Below the pieces are notes generated by a model, which was given only the letters and a program-made list of their open reading frames with translations, was not told the DNA's origin and searched no databases. Made by a program: the position numbers and the translations under genes. 64,000 nucleotides of DNA from Macrostomum lignano (Eukaryota). The stretch's first letter is position 1. Each line of letters starts with the position of its first letter. Of this stretch, positions 11,601 through 23,165 are shown one piece after another. Where the stretch lies: NCBI GenBank assembly GCA_002269645.1, contig NIVC01003698.1, positions 18,241 through 82,240 on the forward strand. Direction: 5' to 3'.

Positions 11601-14532
11601 TCACAAAATATCAACAACTAGATTGCTTTGTAAAATATCAATGAGCTACAATAGCAGAAAACAAAACTGAAAATAAATTATAGTAATTGACAAGACCAAT
11701 ACTAGCAAACAAGCGCTTACTGAATGTAGACATGAAGCTCGAAGAGTCCCAGTCTCTCGCCTGCTTTTCGTCAGAGCTGGAATCCGACCTCTGGAACAGT
11801 GAAAGGCGATGAAGATGGTGAAGCTGTGATTCCCCTGCCCAGTTTACTGAAGCTGTGATTCCCCTGCCCAGTTTACTGAAGCTGTGATTCCCCTGCCCAG
11901 TTTACTGAAGCTGTGATTCCCCTGCCCAGTTTACTGAAGCTGTGATTCCCCTCCCCAGTTTACTGAAGCTGTGATTCCCCTGCCCAGTTTACTGAAGCTG
12001 TGATTCCCCTGCCCAGTTTACTGAAGCTGTAATTCCCCTCCCCAGTTTACTGAAGCTTTGATTCACCTGCCCAGTTTACTGAAGCTGTAATTCCCCTCCC
12101 CAGTTTACTGAAGCTGTGATTCCCCTCCCCAGTTTACTGAAGCTGTGATTCCCAGTCCCCAGTTTACTGAAGCTGTGATTCCCCCTCCCCAGTTTACTGA
12201 AGCTGTAATTCTCCCTCCCCAGTTTACTGAAGCTGTGATTCCCCCTCCCCAGTTTACTGAAGCTGTAATTCCCCTCCCCAGTTTACTGAAGCTGTGATTC
12301 ACCTGCCCAGTTTACTGAAGCTGTGATTCCCCCTCCTCAGTTTACTGAAGCTGTGATTCCCCTCCCCAGTTTACTGAAGCTGTGATTCCCCTGCCCAGTT
12401 TACTGAAGCTGTGATTCCCCTGCCCAGTTTACTGAAGCTGTGATTCACCTGCCCAGTTTACTGAAGCTGTGATTCCCCCTCCCCAGTTTACTGAAGCTGT
12501 GATTCCCCTCCCCAGTTTACTGAAGCTGTGATTCCCCTGCCCAGTTTACTGAAGCTGTGATTCACCTGCCCAGTTTACTGAAGCTGTGATTCCCCCTCCT
12601 CAGTTTACTGAAACTGTGATTCCCCTGCCCAGTTTACTGAAGCTGTGATTCCCCTGCCCAGTTTACTGAAGCTGTAATTCCCCTCCCCAGTTTACTGAAG
12701 CTGTGATTCCCCTGCCCAGTTTACTGAAGCTGTAATTCTCCCTCCCCAGTTTACTGAAGCTGTAATTCCCCCTGCCCAGTTTACTGAAGCTGTAATTCCC
12801 CCTCCCCAGTACCGAGTCCAACAGCAGACTTGCCTTCGTAATGTCGCAGTAGTGCGTATAGGCGATCTCCAACAGCAGCATGGCGGAGGCCACCCCGCCG
12901 CCGCTTCCGTCACCCCCTTCGCCGCCTCCGCCGGCGCAGTGCTGAGCGGTCAGGCCGGCAACGGCGGCTCGCAGCACGTCGAGCAGGCCGCGAAACACGG
13001 CTGGCCGGAGCGGCACGTCGGCGAGGCGACCGACGCCAACTTCGTCCGCGCCGACGGCAGGCGAGGTCGGGGCGGGCGGCCGCTGGCGCAGCAGCTGCAA
13101 TAAGAAGGCGCGGCAGCGCTCCTGGGCCATCAGACTGTTCAACCGCATCGACCGGGTGATGAAGCCGACGCCTTGGCCGGCGAGCACGCTGGAGGCGATT
13201 TCCCGAAGGAATCGCTGCTCCTCGTCCAGGCCGGCGCCCGTCACCGTGGGCGGCTGGCGATCCCGATGCCTGACCGTCTGCTGGGCTGCAGGGCAACAAG
13301 GGGCAACGTGACCTCGACTCGCCAATGATGGCATCGGACAGATGCAATGACACAAATGAAAATGCATGTCAGATCCAAATTGTGTCAGAGCCAATGAAAA
13401 TCGTGTCAGAGCCAATGAAAATTGTGTCAGAGCCAATGAAAATCGTGTCAGAGCCAATGAAAATTGTGTCAGACCCAATGAAACTGTGTCAGACCTAATG
13501 AAACGGTGTCAGACCTAATGAAACTGTGTCAGACCCAATGAAACTGTGTCAGACCAAATGAAACTGTGTCAGACCCAATGAAACTGTGTCAGACCCACAA
13601 TGAAACTGTGTCAGACCCAATGAAACTGTGTCAGACCCAATGACACTGTGTCAGATCCACAATGAAACTGTGTCAGACCCACAATGAAACTGTGTCAGAC
13701 CCACAATGAAACTGTGTCAGACCCACAATGAAACTGTGTCAGACCCAATGAAACTGTGTCAGACCCAATGAAACTGTGTCAGACCCACAATGAAACTGTG
13801 TCAGACCCACAATGAAACTGTGTCAGACCCAATGAAACCTTGTCAGACCCACAATGAAACTGTGTCAGACCCACAATGAAACTGTGTCAGACCCAATGAA
13901 ACTGTGTCAGACCCAATGACACTGTGTCAGATCCACAATGAAACTGTGTCAGACCCACAATGAAACTGTGTCAGACCCACAATGAAACTGTGTCAGACCC
14001 ACAATGAAACTGTGTCAGACCCAATGAAACTGTGTCAGACCCACAATGAAACTGTGTCAGACCCAATGAAACCTTGTCAGACCCACAATGAAACTGTGTC
14101 AGACCCAATGAAACTGTGTCAGACCCAATGAAACTGTGTCAGACCCACAATGAAACTGTGTCAGACCCAATGAAACCTTGTCAGACCCACAATGAAACTG
14201 TGTCAGACCCACAATGAAACTGTGTCAGACCCAATGAAACTGTGTCAGACTCAATGAAACTGTGTCAGACCCAATGAAACTGTCAGATCCAATGAAAACT
14301 GTGTCAGACTCAATGAAACTGTGTCAGACTCAATGAAACTGTGTCAGACTCAATGAAACTGTGTCAGACCCAATGAAACTGTGTCAGGCCCAATGAAAAC
14401 TGTGTCGCAACCAACAGAAGCATGACAGGTCTAGTTCGTCAGTCAGAATAAATGTGTCAGGCTCACCCAGCACTTCGCCAAATCTCGTTCCCGCACGCCT
14501 TCCAATGCTATCGCCGATGCCGGAGAAGAAGC

Positions 14533-14579
<47 letters not shown>

Positions 14580-17500
14580 ACGCCCAGGCTGGAATCGTCG
14601 TGACTGTAGCGAGTCTGGGAGCGCAGGTTGCTCAGATCGGAGGTGCTGGAGTAGCGGACGCTGCCGGACCGGCTGAACGGCGTCGGAGCAACGGAGCTCG
14701 GTCGGCTCAGGACGCTGTCAGCGACGGAGGCCGCTGAGGAGGGCGGAGGGCCGCCACCTGTCGCCGACCGGAGCGATCTGGGCGGGCAAAGTGTTGGTTG
14801 CGTAATGAGTTTTTTTATAATTACTGTTATTAAATACTAACAGTGTTTGTATTTTTACCTGGCTGTCAGGGTGGACATTGAATGCGAGAGATGGCTGCTG
14901 GAGAGCTGAAATTATTTTTAAAGCGTGCAGGGATTCAGTTTTGAGTAAATAATGAGTAAATAATGTTTTTCACCTGACGGAAAATCCGTGGAAATTCCGC
15001 GAACTACCAATAAAGTCTGTCTCATTCTCTCCGGAATTTTTCTGGTTGACTGCTTAGCTTAACCAAGGACTACTGTAGTACAACAGAACGTTAGACTCAA
15101 AGATCGTGTAATTTTTTGAAGGCCTATTTCCTAGACTACATTGATATGCATTGAAATATGCATTGAAATTCAATTATGTAACTGAAATAATCGTTCAGGA
15201 ATACCTGCGTGCAACATTTTTTATTACAAATAATTATAAACTTGATTCAAGAAAGAACAAAAAAGTCTAGCTTTGTATCTACAACTTTGGGTATATGAAA
15301 TAAAAAGAAAATAATATTTTCCTGTTCATCCTGTTAGGGGGTTCGATTCTCGACCCACTGGAACAATTTGTGTCCTTGAGCAAGACACTTGGCTCTGCAT
15401 TGCTTCAGTTCACCCAGCTGTAAAATGGGTGCCAGCATTAGCTGGGGTAATTGAGGCTGTGTGTGGCGACCCCCCCCCCCCAGTCCTTGGACTGAACAGC
15501 CGTACGCAGCCTTCAGACGCACCGCGCAATAGCTGCGGCTGAGCTGTCGGTTGCACTTCTGGCCCAATTGGGGTAGGTGTGATCAATTTTTATTATTCTG
15601 CTATACTACAGTGGTCCTTTTGCTCAATCTGGGATGGCTGACTGCTCAATTCGGGATGGGAGACTGCTCAATCTGGGATGGGAGACTGCTCAATCTGGGA
15701 TGGGAGACTGCTCAATCTGGGATGGAGACTGCTCAATCTGGGATGGGAGACTGCTCAATCTGGGATGGCTGACTGCTCAATTCGGGATGGGAGACTGCTC
15801 AATCTGGGATGGGAGACTGCTCAATCTGGGATGGGAGACTGCTCAATCTGGGATGGCTGACTGCTCAATTCGGGATGGGAGACTGCTCAATCTGGGATGG
15901 GAGACTGCTCAATCTGGGATGGGAGACTGCTCAATCTGGGATGGGAGACTGCTCAATCTGGGATGGGAGACTGCTCAATTCGGGATGGGAGACTGCTCAA
16001 TCTGGGATGGGAGACTGCTCAATTCGGGATGGGAGACTGCTCAATTCGGGATGGGAGACTGCTCAATCTGAGATGCATGTCAGCTCAATCTGGAGATCTT
16101 TGCTATCTGGGATATGCTTCGGCATATGGTAAAGTTCCCTTACGCAGTCTCCGAGCCCTTCATCCAACTCGTCATCTTCTGCATCTTCGCTCAACTCGCT
16201 GGAGGAGCCGCCGCCGCCGCCGCCGCCGCCGCCGCTCCGGCCGTCCTCCTGTTCGTCGTCTCCGGCTGCGTCAATTTCGTCGCCGAACTCGTCGGTCGCC
16301 GGTTTGGTCGGAAATTTCTGCGGGCGAAACGCCGCAGCGAATTCGGCCGGGCCGAGGGCCGCAGGGGCGACGCTGTTATTACTGCTGGGCAGGTTGGCGC
16401 CGGTTGCCATGGTAACCAGCTCCTGCGGGGACTCGGCCTCTGGCCAGACAGGCCGAAACTCGGCGCCAAGGAACAGCTGGGAGGGCTGGCAGCAGTCGTG
16501 ACAGACGCGGCTCAAATCGCAGCTGAACCACTTGGCCTTGTCGCCAACAGCTGCTGGGTCGCGCAGGCCGCTGCTGATTCTCTCATAGGCGAGATTGTCA
16601 GGCGTCTGGCACCACTCGGCCAGGTATTCAACGGCCTGGGTGCGGGCAAGAGCGTCCGTGAAGGCGCCGACCGCTCGACGCGGCCGGGAGCGCAGGAAGG
16701 CGCGGTATTGGAAGGCCACAACAGGTCTGGGGCGGGCGCGAAGGCAGCGGCTGTGTTCGGCAGCGTTGCCTGGATAATCGGAAATAAAAAAAATAGTTCA
16801 GCATGTCTTTTTATTCACTACAGAACAGTAGTTAGAGCCCTACAGCTTCAGTCGCCAAACAAACATACCCTAAAAGAGCACTTAACCTCTGAACTTCTGA
16901 AGCGTGCACTGAAAGAGGCATGGTTAGTTAACACTGAAGCATGCTTTGACCCTGAAGCATGCTGTGACCTTCAAGCATGCCATGATCTTGAAGCATGCTG
17001 TGACCTTGAAGCATGCCGTGGTATTAAAGCATGCTGTGACCTTGAAGCATGTCGTGATATTGAAGCATACTAAAGGTATGTCTAAACCCCCCCTCCCAAC
17101 CCTAATCCTCACCAAGCAGCGCTGGCGACGCAAAAAACTGCGCCATAGCGACGCGAATACCAACATCAACGGAGTCAACGTCGTTGCCGAACACCAGCTG
17201 GTGACGCATCGACGATGGCGGAGGCGGCGGCGGGAGCTGCGACTGACCGGACGAAGTGGCCACCAGGGAGTCCAGGTTGGCGATAGGCCGTGACTGGCTC
17301 TCCCGCATGCTGGTCAGGGCCTGGTGAGGCGATTAGCGTTCGTTAATGTACATTTGTGCAAAATTATCTCTATAATTATTAACATGATAATTAGGTACCA
17401 AAACACCTGGCACTAATTTGTCACACAATTACGTACTTATCATACGAGTAAGTGCACTGCTGGAGAGCCGTAAAGCAAAACGCTGGGATTAAAAATTCTG

Positions 17501-20500
17501 TAGCTAAGTGCAATCAACGACCAAAATTGCACAGTGATAAGGATTAGGATAGAGATCAGAATCGGTATCAGGAAGGGATTCGAATAGGGATCAGGAAAGG
17601 GATTGGGATCAGGAAAGGGATTAGGATCAGGAAAGGGACTCGAATAGGGATCAGGATCGGGATTATACCAGGAAAGGGATTCTAATCGGGATTAGGATAC
17701 GGATCAGGAAAGGGATTATGATCAGGATCGGGATTAGGATAGGGATCAGGATTGGGATCCTGTCTTGACACAGGAGTTTGGATTCAAGGCAATCAATATT
17801 TTTACGAAGGAATGAAGCGAGGGAAATAGGAAGGAAAAAGGAAACAAATGCATATAAAAAGCATTTCACCTCAAATGGAAAGCATAAATACGCAAAAGGG
17901 TTAAAAAGCACTAATTAGTTAGTAAACGTTTTTATTAATTATCAATACTTTACTCTATAATAAAAAATAAAAGAAAATCTTGTGCGTGCGCGTGTGTGTA
18001 CACAGTGCATACTACTCACGAGTAACACACGTAGCGAGTGATTTTTAAATCAAATAATAATAAATCGATAGAAACACACAGAGATAAGAGCATTCGCTGA
18101 GACTCACGTCCAGATACTGAAATTGGAGAGATATTGCGAGCCATGTATGCATAGCATGCTGCCATTTTTACTGCGATAATGACATGCATTTAAAAGATTG
18201 TGCTGTTAATTATGAGTAGCCAACCAAGCTATTTACCTGATTCAACTGCTTACATAGCAGTTTCTGCTCCTGTTCGGGCAAGCTGTCCAAATTGCACAGT
18301 TTTGACGCGCCGGAGTTCACCTGTAAGGAATGCCAACAAGTGCTAATCATACTACTGATAAGCAACACAGGTAGTATGCGCAGGAACTTTTTCTAGATTT
18401 TTTGAGATTCTAGCGCCAAAAATCGCAGGTGAGATGCTAGCGCCAACTAAAAATTGCAGGTGAGATTCTAGCGCCAATTAAGAATCACAAGTGAGATTCT
18501 AGCGCCAATTTAGCACCGCAGGTGAGATTCTAGCGCCAATTAAGAATCACAAGTGAGATTCTAGCGCCAATTTAGCACCGCAGGTGAGATTCTAGCGCCA
18601 TATTTGGCTTCTCAAGTGAAATTCTAGCGCCATATTTAGCTACTCAGGTGAGATTCTAGCGCCAATTTAGCGCCGCAGGTGAAATTCTAGCGCCATATTT
18701 AGCTTCTCAAGTGAAATTCTAGCGCCATATTTAGCTACTCAGGTGAAATTCTAGCGCCAATTTAGCGCCGCAGGTGAGATTCTAGCGCCAATTTAACGCC
18801 GCAGGTGAGATTTCTTGCAGGTAGGGCAACATGACGCCGCATTTTAATTAGGGAATGAGGGTAGACAGGAGACCCCTTGACCTCCAGCAATAATCCCGAG
18901 GCCTGGGCAGCTGCCCCCTGCCCCTATCTTCCGGGCCCCCTCCACTCTAAGAGCCTCAGGTACTGCACTGACTAACTGATTACTTAAACTAGCACGCCAA
19001 ATTCTTCGCAAAACAAAACCAATGGCTCACCTTGGCGGAATCCAGATCAACCAGCAGCACCTCCGATGGCAGCTGAAAGTCTGGCCGGCCAGTCAGGAAT
19101 CCCGCCGGCAAGCCGATCAGGTAGGGCGTCGGCGCCAGCAGCAGCTGCTCGGCGCCTGTCATGCCAGCGGGCAGCAGGGGGATCACGGGGAACACGTACT
19201 GCAGCGGGTACAGCAGAGCCACCAGGCTCAGCACGCTGTCAGACAGGCATCCGGGATCGGCCGACTGCAGAGCCACCTTGTGCTCCAACAGCAGGGTGGC
19301 CAACACGCGCATGCACAGCCCGGCGCCCAGCCGGCTGAGCGGAGTGTGCACCGAGTAGTCGGCGAGGGGCAGGCGGGACCGGTCAGGCAGGGCCAGCAGC
19401 AGGGGCGAGTAGAGCGACTCGGGCAGCACCGACAGCTGCGGCGTGGTGAGCACACAGACTGGCAATTTGGACACTTTGACATACTGGCATAGACAGGCAA
19501 TTTGGACACTTTTACATACTGGCATAGACTGGCAATTTGGACACTTTTACATACTGGCATAGACAGACAATTTGGACACTTTGAGTCTTTGACATACTGG
19601 CATAGACGGACAATTCGGACACTTTTACATACTGGCATAGACAGGCAATTTTGACACTTTTACACACTGGCATAGACAGACAATTTGGACACTTTTACAT
19701 AATGGCATAGACAGGCAATTTGGACACTTTTACATAATGGCATAGACAGACAATTTGGACACTTTTACATAATGGCATAGACAGACAATTTGGACACTTT
19801 GAGTCTTTGACATACTGGCATAGACGGACAATTCGGACACTTTTACATACTGGCATAGACAGGCAATTTTGACACTTTTACACACTGGCATAGACAGACA
19901 ATTTGGACACTTTTACATAATGGCATAGACAGGCAATTTGGACACTTTTACATAATGGCATAGACAGACAATTTGGACACTTTTACATAATGGCATAGAC
20001 AGACAATTTGGACACTTTTACATAATGGCATAGACAGACAATTTGGACACTTTGACATACTGGCATAGACAGGCAATTTTGACACTTACATACTGGCATA
20101 GACTGGCAATTTGGACACTTTTACATAATGGAATAGACAGACAATTTGGACACTTTTACATAATGGAATAGACAGACAATTTGGACACTTTTACATACTG
20201 GCATAGACAGGCAATTTGGACACTTTTACATACTGGCATAGACGGACAATTTGGACACTTTGACATACTGGCATAGACAGGCAATTTTGACACTTTTACA
20301 TGCTGGCATAGACAGGCAATTTGGACACTTTTACATACTGGCATAGACGGACAATTTGGACACTTTTACATACTGGCATAGACTGAGAAAGAATGGCGTA
20401 ACGCTATTATGTGAAGACTGGCTTATCGAACACCTAAAAATGTCATAAGCCCGAATCCTACCTGCAGTTTGGTGGCGCCAGGCGCGGGGGCTGGCGCGGA

Positions 20501-21254
20501 CAGCAGGCGCAGGATCCAGGTCTCCACGGCGCGTGTATTAATAAGCGCAGATTCGCTAGCAGAGTGCGGCCTCTGCCAGCCCGACAATAAGGCCCATACG
20601 GTGTCCCTAGGAGACAGCGAGACGGTTAAAGACAATGTGCGTACATTACATTGCTGATATGGGGAGGGTGTCGGTCAGTCTGGAGCGTGTGTACATTGCT
20701 GATATGGGGAGGGTGTCGTTCAGACTGGAGCGTGTGTACATTGCTGATATGGGGAGGGTGTCGGTCAGACTGGAGCGTGTGTACATTGCTGATAAGGGGA
20801 GGGAAGCCAGTCAAGGCAATTAAACAGAGCAGTTGAAAGCGACGTACCCAAAGCCGTCAACAATGGCTCTAAGCACTCGCAGACACTCGGTCAGCTTCGA
20901 ATAAAAAGCGTGATGCCCGATGGCGCACAGGCAGAGCGGCAGGTGGCCAAAGCCAGTTGTGGAAAAATTCAGACAAGCGCCATGGCGCACAGTGCCGGAG
21001 TCCTTCTCGGTGAGGGTGAAGCCGAAGCTGCGCCCAGAAGGAGGCAGCGCGGTTGGCCAGCGCGCCTCCGGCTGGCAGAAGTGCACAATGTCTGGGGGCA
21101 GGCTGAAGTCCGCGTGATCAGCTGGCGGGTAGCGGCGGAGCAGGCAGGGGCGGGCGAAGGCGGCGTCAAGCTCGGAGGTGGTTGGCGCAGGGCCAATCAG
21201 CACGACATAGTCTAGCAGGCGGGGACACTGCGACCCCAGCTGAGCACTGCTCAT
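5699..21254 (-). CDS. MADD: MAP kinase-activating death domain protein / Rab3 GEF (DENN domain), at least 14 coding exons, about 1300 aa
   Basis: Phase-consistent exons: 21254-20848, 20606-20462, 19435-19031, 18320-18237, 17320-17113, 16769-16144, 14905-14859, 14777-14467, 13285-12834, 11790-11721, 9550-9476, 7254-6855, 6503-5920, 5790-5699. Motifs I recognise from MADD: CPRLLDYVVLIG, LLRRYP..DH..F.LPPD..FCQPE, LLEHKVALQS, YVFPVIPLLP..AEQLLLAPTPY, FGNDVDSVDV, RPVVAFQ, ARTQAVEY, GDKAKWF, VLAGQGVG, LLEIAYTHY, LWDSADFWEDLFLD, EDRLL..LHN, SHVGL. The final exon is unresolved (candidate 4917-4870). Confidence 0.95.
7486..8658. repeat. 21-bp minisatellite in two blocks (7486-7612 and 7878-8658) in a MADD intron
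   Basis: (gtgggagcaccaggtgaggca)n variants. Confidence 0.95.
9690..10780. repeat. 74-bp tandem repeat, about 15 copies, in a MADD intron
   Basis: Unit gataacggactgatatgatgaccttgaatatttggacacgcgattgtcgcgtgatactcaaataatgcacacta; unit starts at 9735 and 9809 give the 74-bp period. Confidence 0.96.
11820..12810. repeat. 29-30 bp minisatellite filling a MADD intron
   Basis: (aagctgtgattcccctgcccagtttactg)n. Confidence 0.96.
13380..14405. repeat. 20/22-bp minisatellite in a MADD intron
   Basis: (gtgtcagaccc[ac]aatgaaact)n. Confidence 0.96.
15334..15597 (+). mobile_element. tRNA-derived SINE, 5'-truncated copy
   Basis: B box GGTTCGATTC, then the core aatttgtgtccttgagcaagacact and an ATT-rich tail. 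It aligns in reverse with 28621-28894. Confidence 0.78.
15620..16092. repeat. 22-bp minisatellite in a MADD intron
   Basis: (gggatgggagactgctcaatct)n. Confidence 0.95.
16935..17070. repeat. 18-bp minisatellite in a MADD intron
   Basis: (gaagcatgctgtgacctt)n variants. Confidence 0.85.
17535..17760. repeat. GGATTAGGATCAGGA-type degenerate simple repeat
   Basis: Repeated ggat(t/c)aggaa/atcggga motifs. Confidence 0.8.
18405..18810. repeat. About 31-bp minisatellite in a MADD intron
   Basis: (caggtgagattctagcgccaatttagcaccg)n variants. Confidence 0.92.
19455..20383. repeat. 35-bp minisatellite filling a MADD intron
   Basis: (ggcatagacagacaatttggacacttttacatact)n. Confidence 0.96.
20645..20800. 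repeat. 45-bp repeat, about 3.5 copies, in a MADD intron
   Basis: gtgtacattgctgatatggggagggtgtcggtcagactggagcgt. Confidence 0.9.
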
Positions 21255-22196
21255 GGTGTTTGATCATCTGCCGGCGCCTGCAGGTATTATTAAAAATTAT
21301 TAAATAAAACTCCATAGGGAGAAACAGGGAAAGAATAAGAAATTACATGGTAGCAGACATAATTCATGTGCACTTGTTATGGTAGTTTAGTTTTGCAAGT
21401 AGCCATTGGTAAGACAAAAGGGAGAAGTGGCAGGGGATGCCCTACTAAGTAGCAACTTCATTATATTATCACTTTAGCTATATGAATATTGAATAATTTA
21501 AGTGTAAATATATAAAATGGTAGAGTGAGATATAAAGTGGCATGATCAGCATATATAGTGATTGAAAACTAGAAGGGTTAGGATAAATTGCAAATGAGAA
21601 AAAGACACAATTATGCAATATAGAAATATTCTTTTTGATCTTATTGATATGTAATAATAGAACACTGCTAGAACTCTCTAGATTTTTATTATAAAATTAA
21701 TTAAATTAAGAATAGAGTTATATTATCTTAGTATACTAATATCTATAGTATAGCTACATAACTAATTTTATCTCTAAACTATAATGGCCATTGACATTTT
21801 GTTCTCAGACTATTTTGCATCCAAACCCATATGGTCACAGACCAGTTTGGCTATATTAATTGCCAAGCCATACTCAAGAAGATGGCAATAGGCCTACTTT
21901 TCCTGTGTATAGTTTGTAGTATAGTGTATAGTCTAACATATTGGTACATAAAAAATAGTTTATACTTTGGCATACAGAAGTATTAAAATAATAAAATTAA
22001 ATAAGAAAAAATGAGTTTAAAAAAGGAACAAAACCTATTTTGCTATATACAAAAATGCTTTATGTGTTTTGCATAATTTTTTTCTAACCATCTATTTTTG
22101 CAAATTGCAACTTAAATATACAACAAAAAATAGTTTTTTATAATTGATTATAATTAAAAATGTTATTTTAATTAGAAAATTATATATAGAAAAGCT

Positions 22197-23165
22197 GGCA
22201 ATCCTACACTTCCGTTCGGTAAATTATTTTAACATTTGAATTCGTACCACCGAGTCAAATGACGTCAATTGGCAATGTGTCTATGGCCAAAAGTTTGAGC
22301 GAACAGAGTTTAAGGGGGTGTCAGTTTAAGGGAGCTGTTGCTTGTGAGCATGGATGAATGAATAGAATGGATTGCTATTCTGGCTCTGGCTATTTTCGTT
22401 TTTGACTCTTTTGCATCCGGTTCCCCCCCCCCGTGCCTTTTCATTGGTTGATGATTGCCATAGACAGTTTTCGGCCTTCGCCCCTTTCTTTCGATGCACA
22501 AGCGAAAAGAACTGAGAATGTCAGTTACTTGCAGAGAATATCGAGCGCTCGTAGGTCTTCCCCCTTTATTTCAAAACACGAGCGAAAGCGCCCGTGCATC
22601 GAAAGAAAGGGGCGAAGGCCGAAAACTGTCTATGGCAATCATCAACCAATGAAAAGGCACGGGGGGGAACCGGATGCAAAAGAGTCAAAAACAAAAATAG
22701 CCAGAGCCAGAACAGCAATCCATTCTATTCATTCATCCATGCTTGTGAGCTGCTTGTTTTTTGAGCTTCAATTTCTCATTTCCCATCGGCTGCACTTCGT
22801 AGATCCAGCAGACCCAACAGTCCACACCAACACCGTGGAGGGCACATAGGCCCACGCAAAGTGCAAGATCTGCAACATGCATAGCACGAGCGATGCTCTC
22901 TTCGACTTCGATGCACACATTGAGGAATTCCTCTGGCGTTGTCTATATCCCCAATGTCCATTTAGGGCTATCCTGTACTGGATTGGACATTACTATCCAT
23001 TATAGACACCTTAATGACCTGCAGACACACTCTAAGTGACTATGCGCTCTAACAGACTGCTACCATGTTCCACTGTTTCAGTTTTGTTTGGTTACATTGT
23101 TATTTAACACGCCTGTTCAAAATTCAGTGTCAAAACAATTTACCGAACGGAAGTGTAGGATTGCC
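22197..23165. mobile_element. Non-autonomous DNA transposon (MITE), 969 bp, 8-bp TSD, Merlin-like termini
   Basis: 29-bp perfect TIR GGCAATCCTACACTTCCGTTCGGTAAATT at 22197-22225, with its reverse complement ending at 23165. TSD GAAAAGCT at 22189-22196 and 23166-23173. No transposase ORF. Confidence 0.88.

Noticed and set aside
16404-16417. Perfect RFX X-box GTTGCCATGGTAAC (similar motifs near 44092, 44235 and 52430)
   Set aside because: All lie within coding sequence, where V-T-M-A-T / Y-Y-G-N codons generate the palindrome. There is no positional evidence for a promoter role.
16114-17073. 319-aa + strand ORF (likewise 32323-33279, 40701-41660, 43059-44198 and 44813-45565)
   Set aside because: Antisense shadows of GC-rich real exons (MADD, LDB, WIP, p62, RING gene); no domain content.
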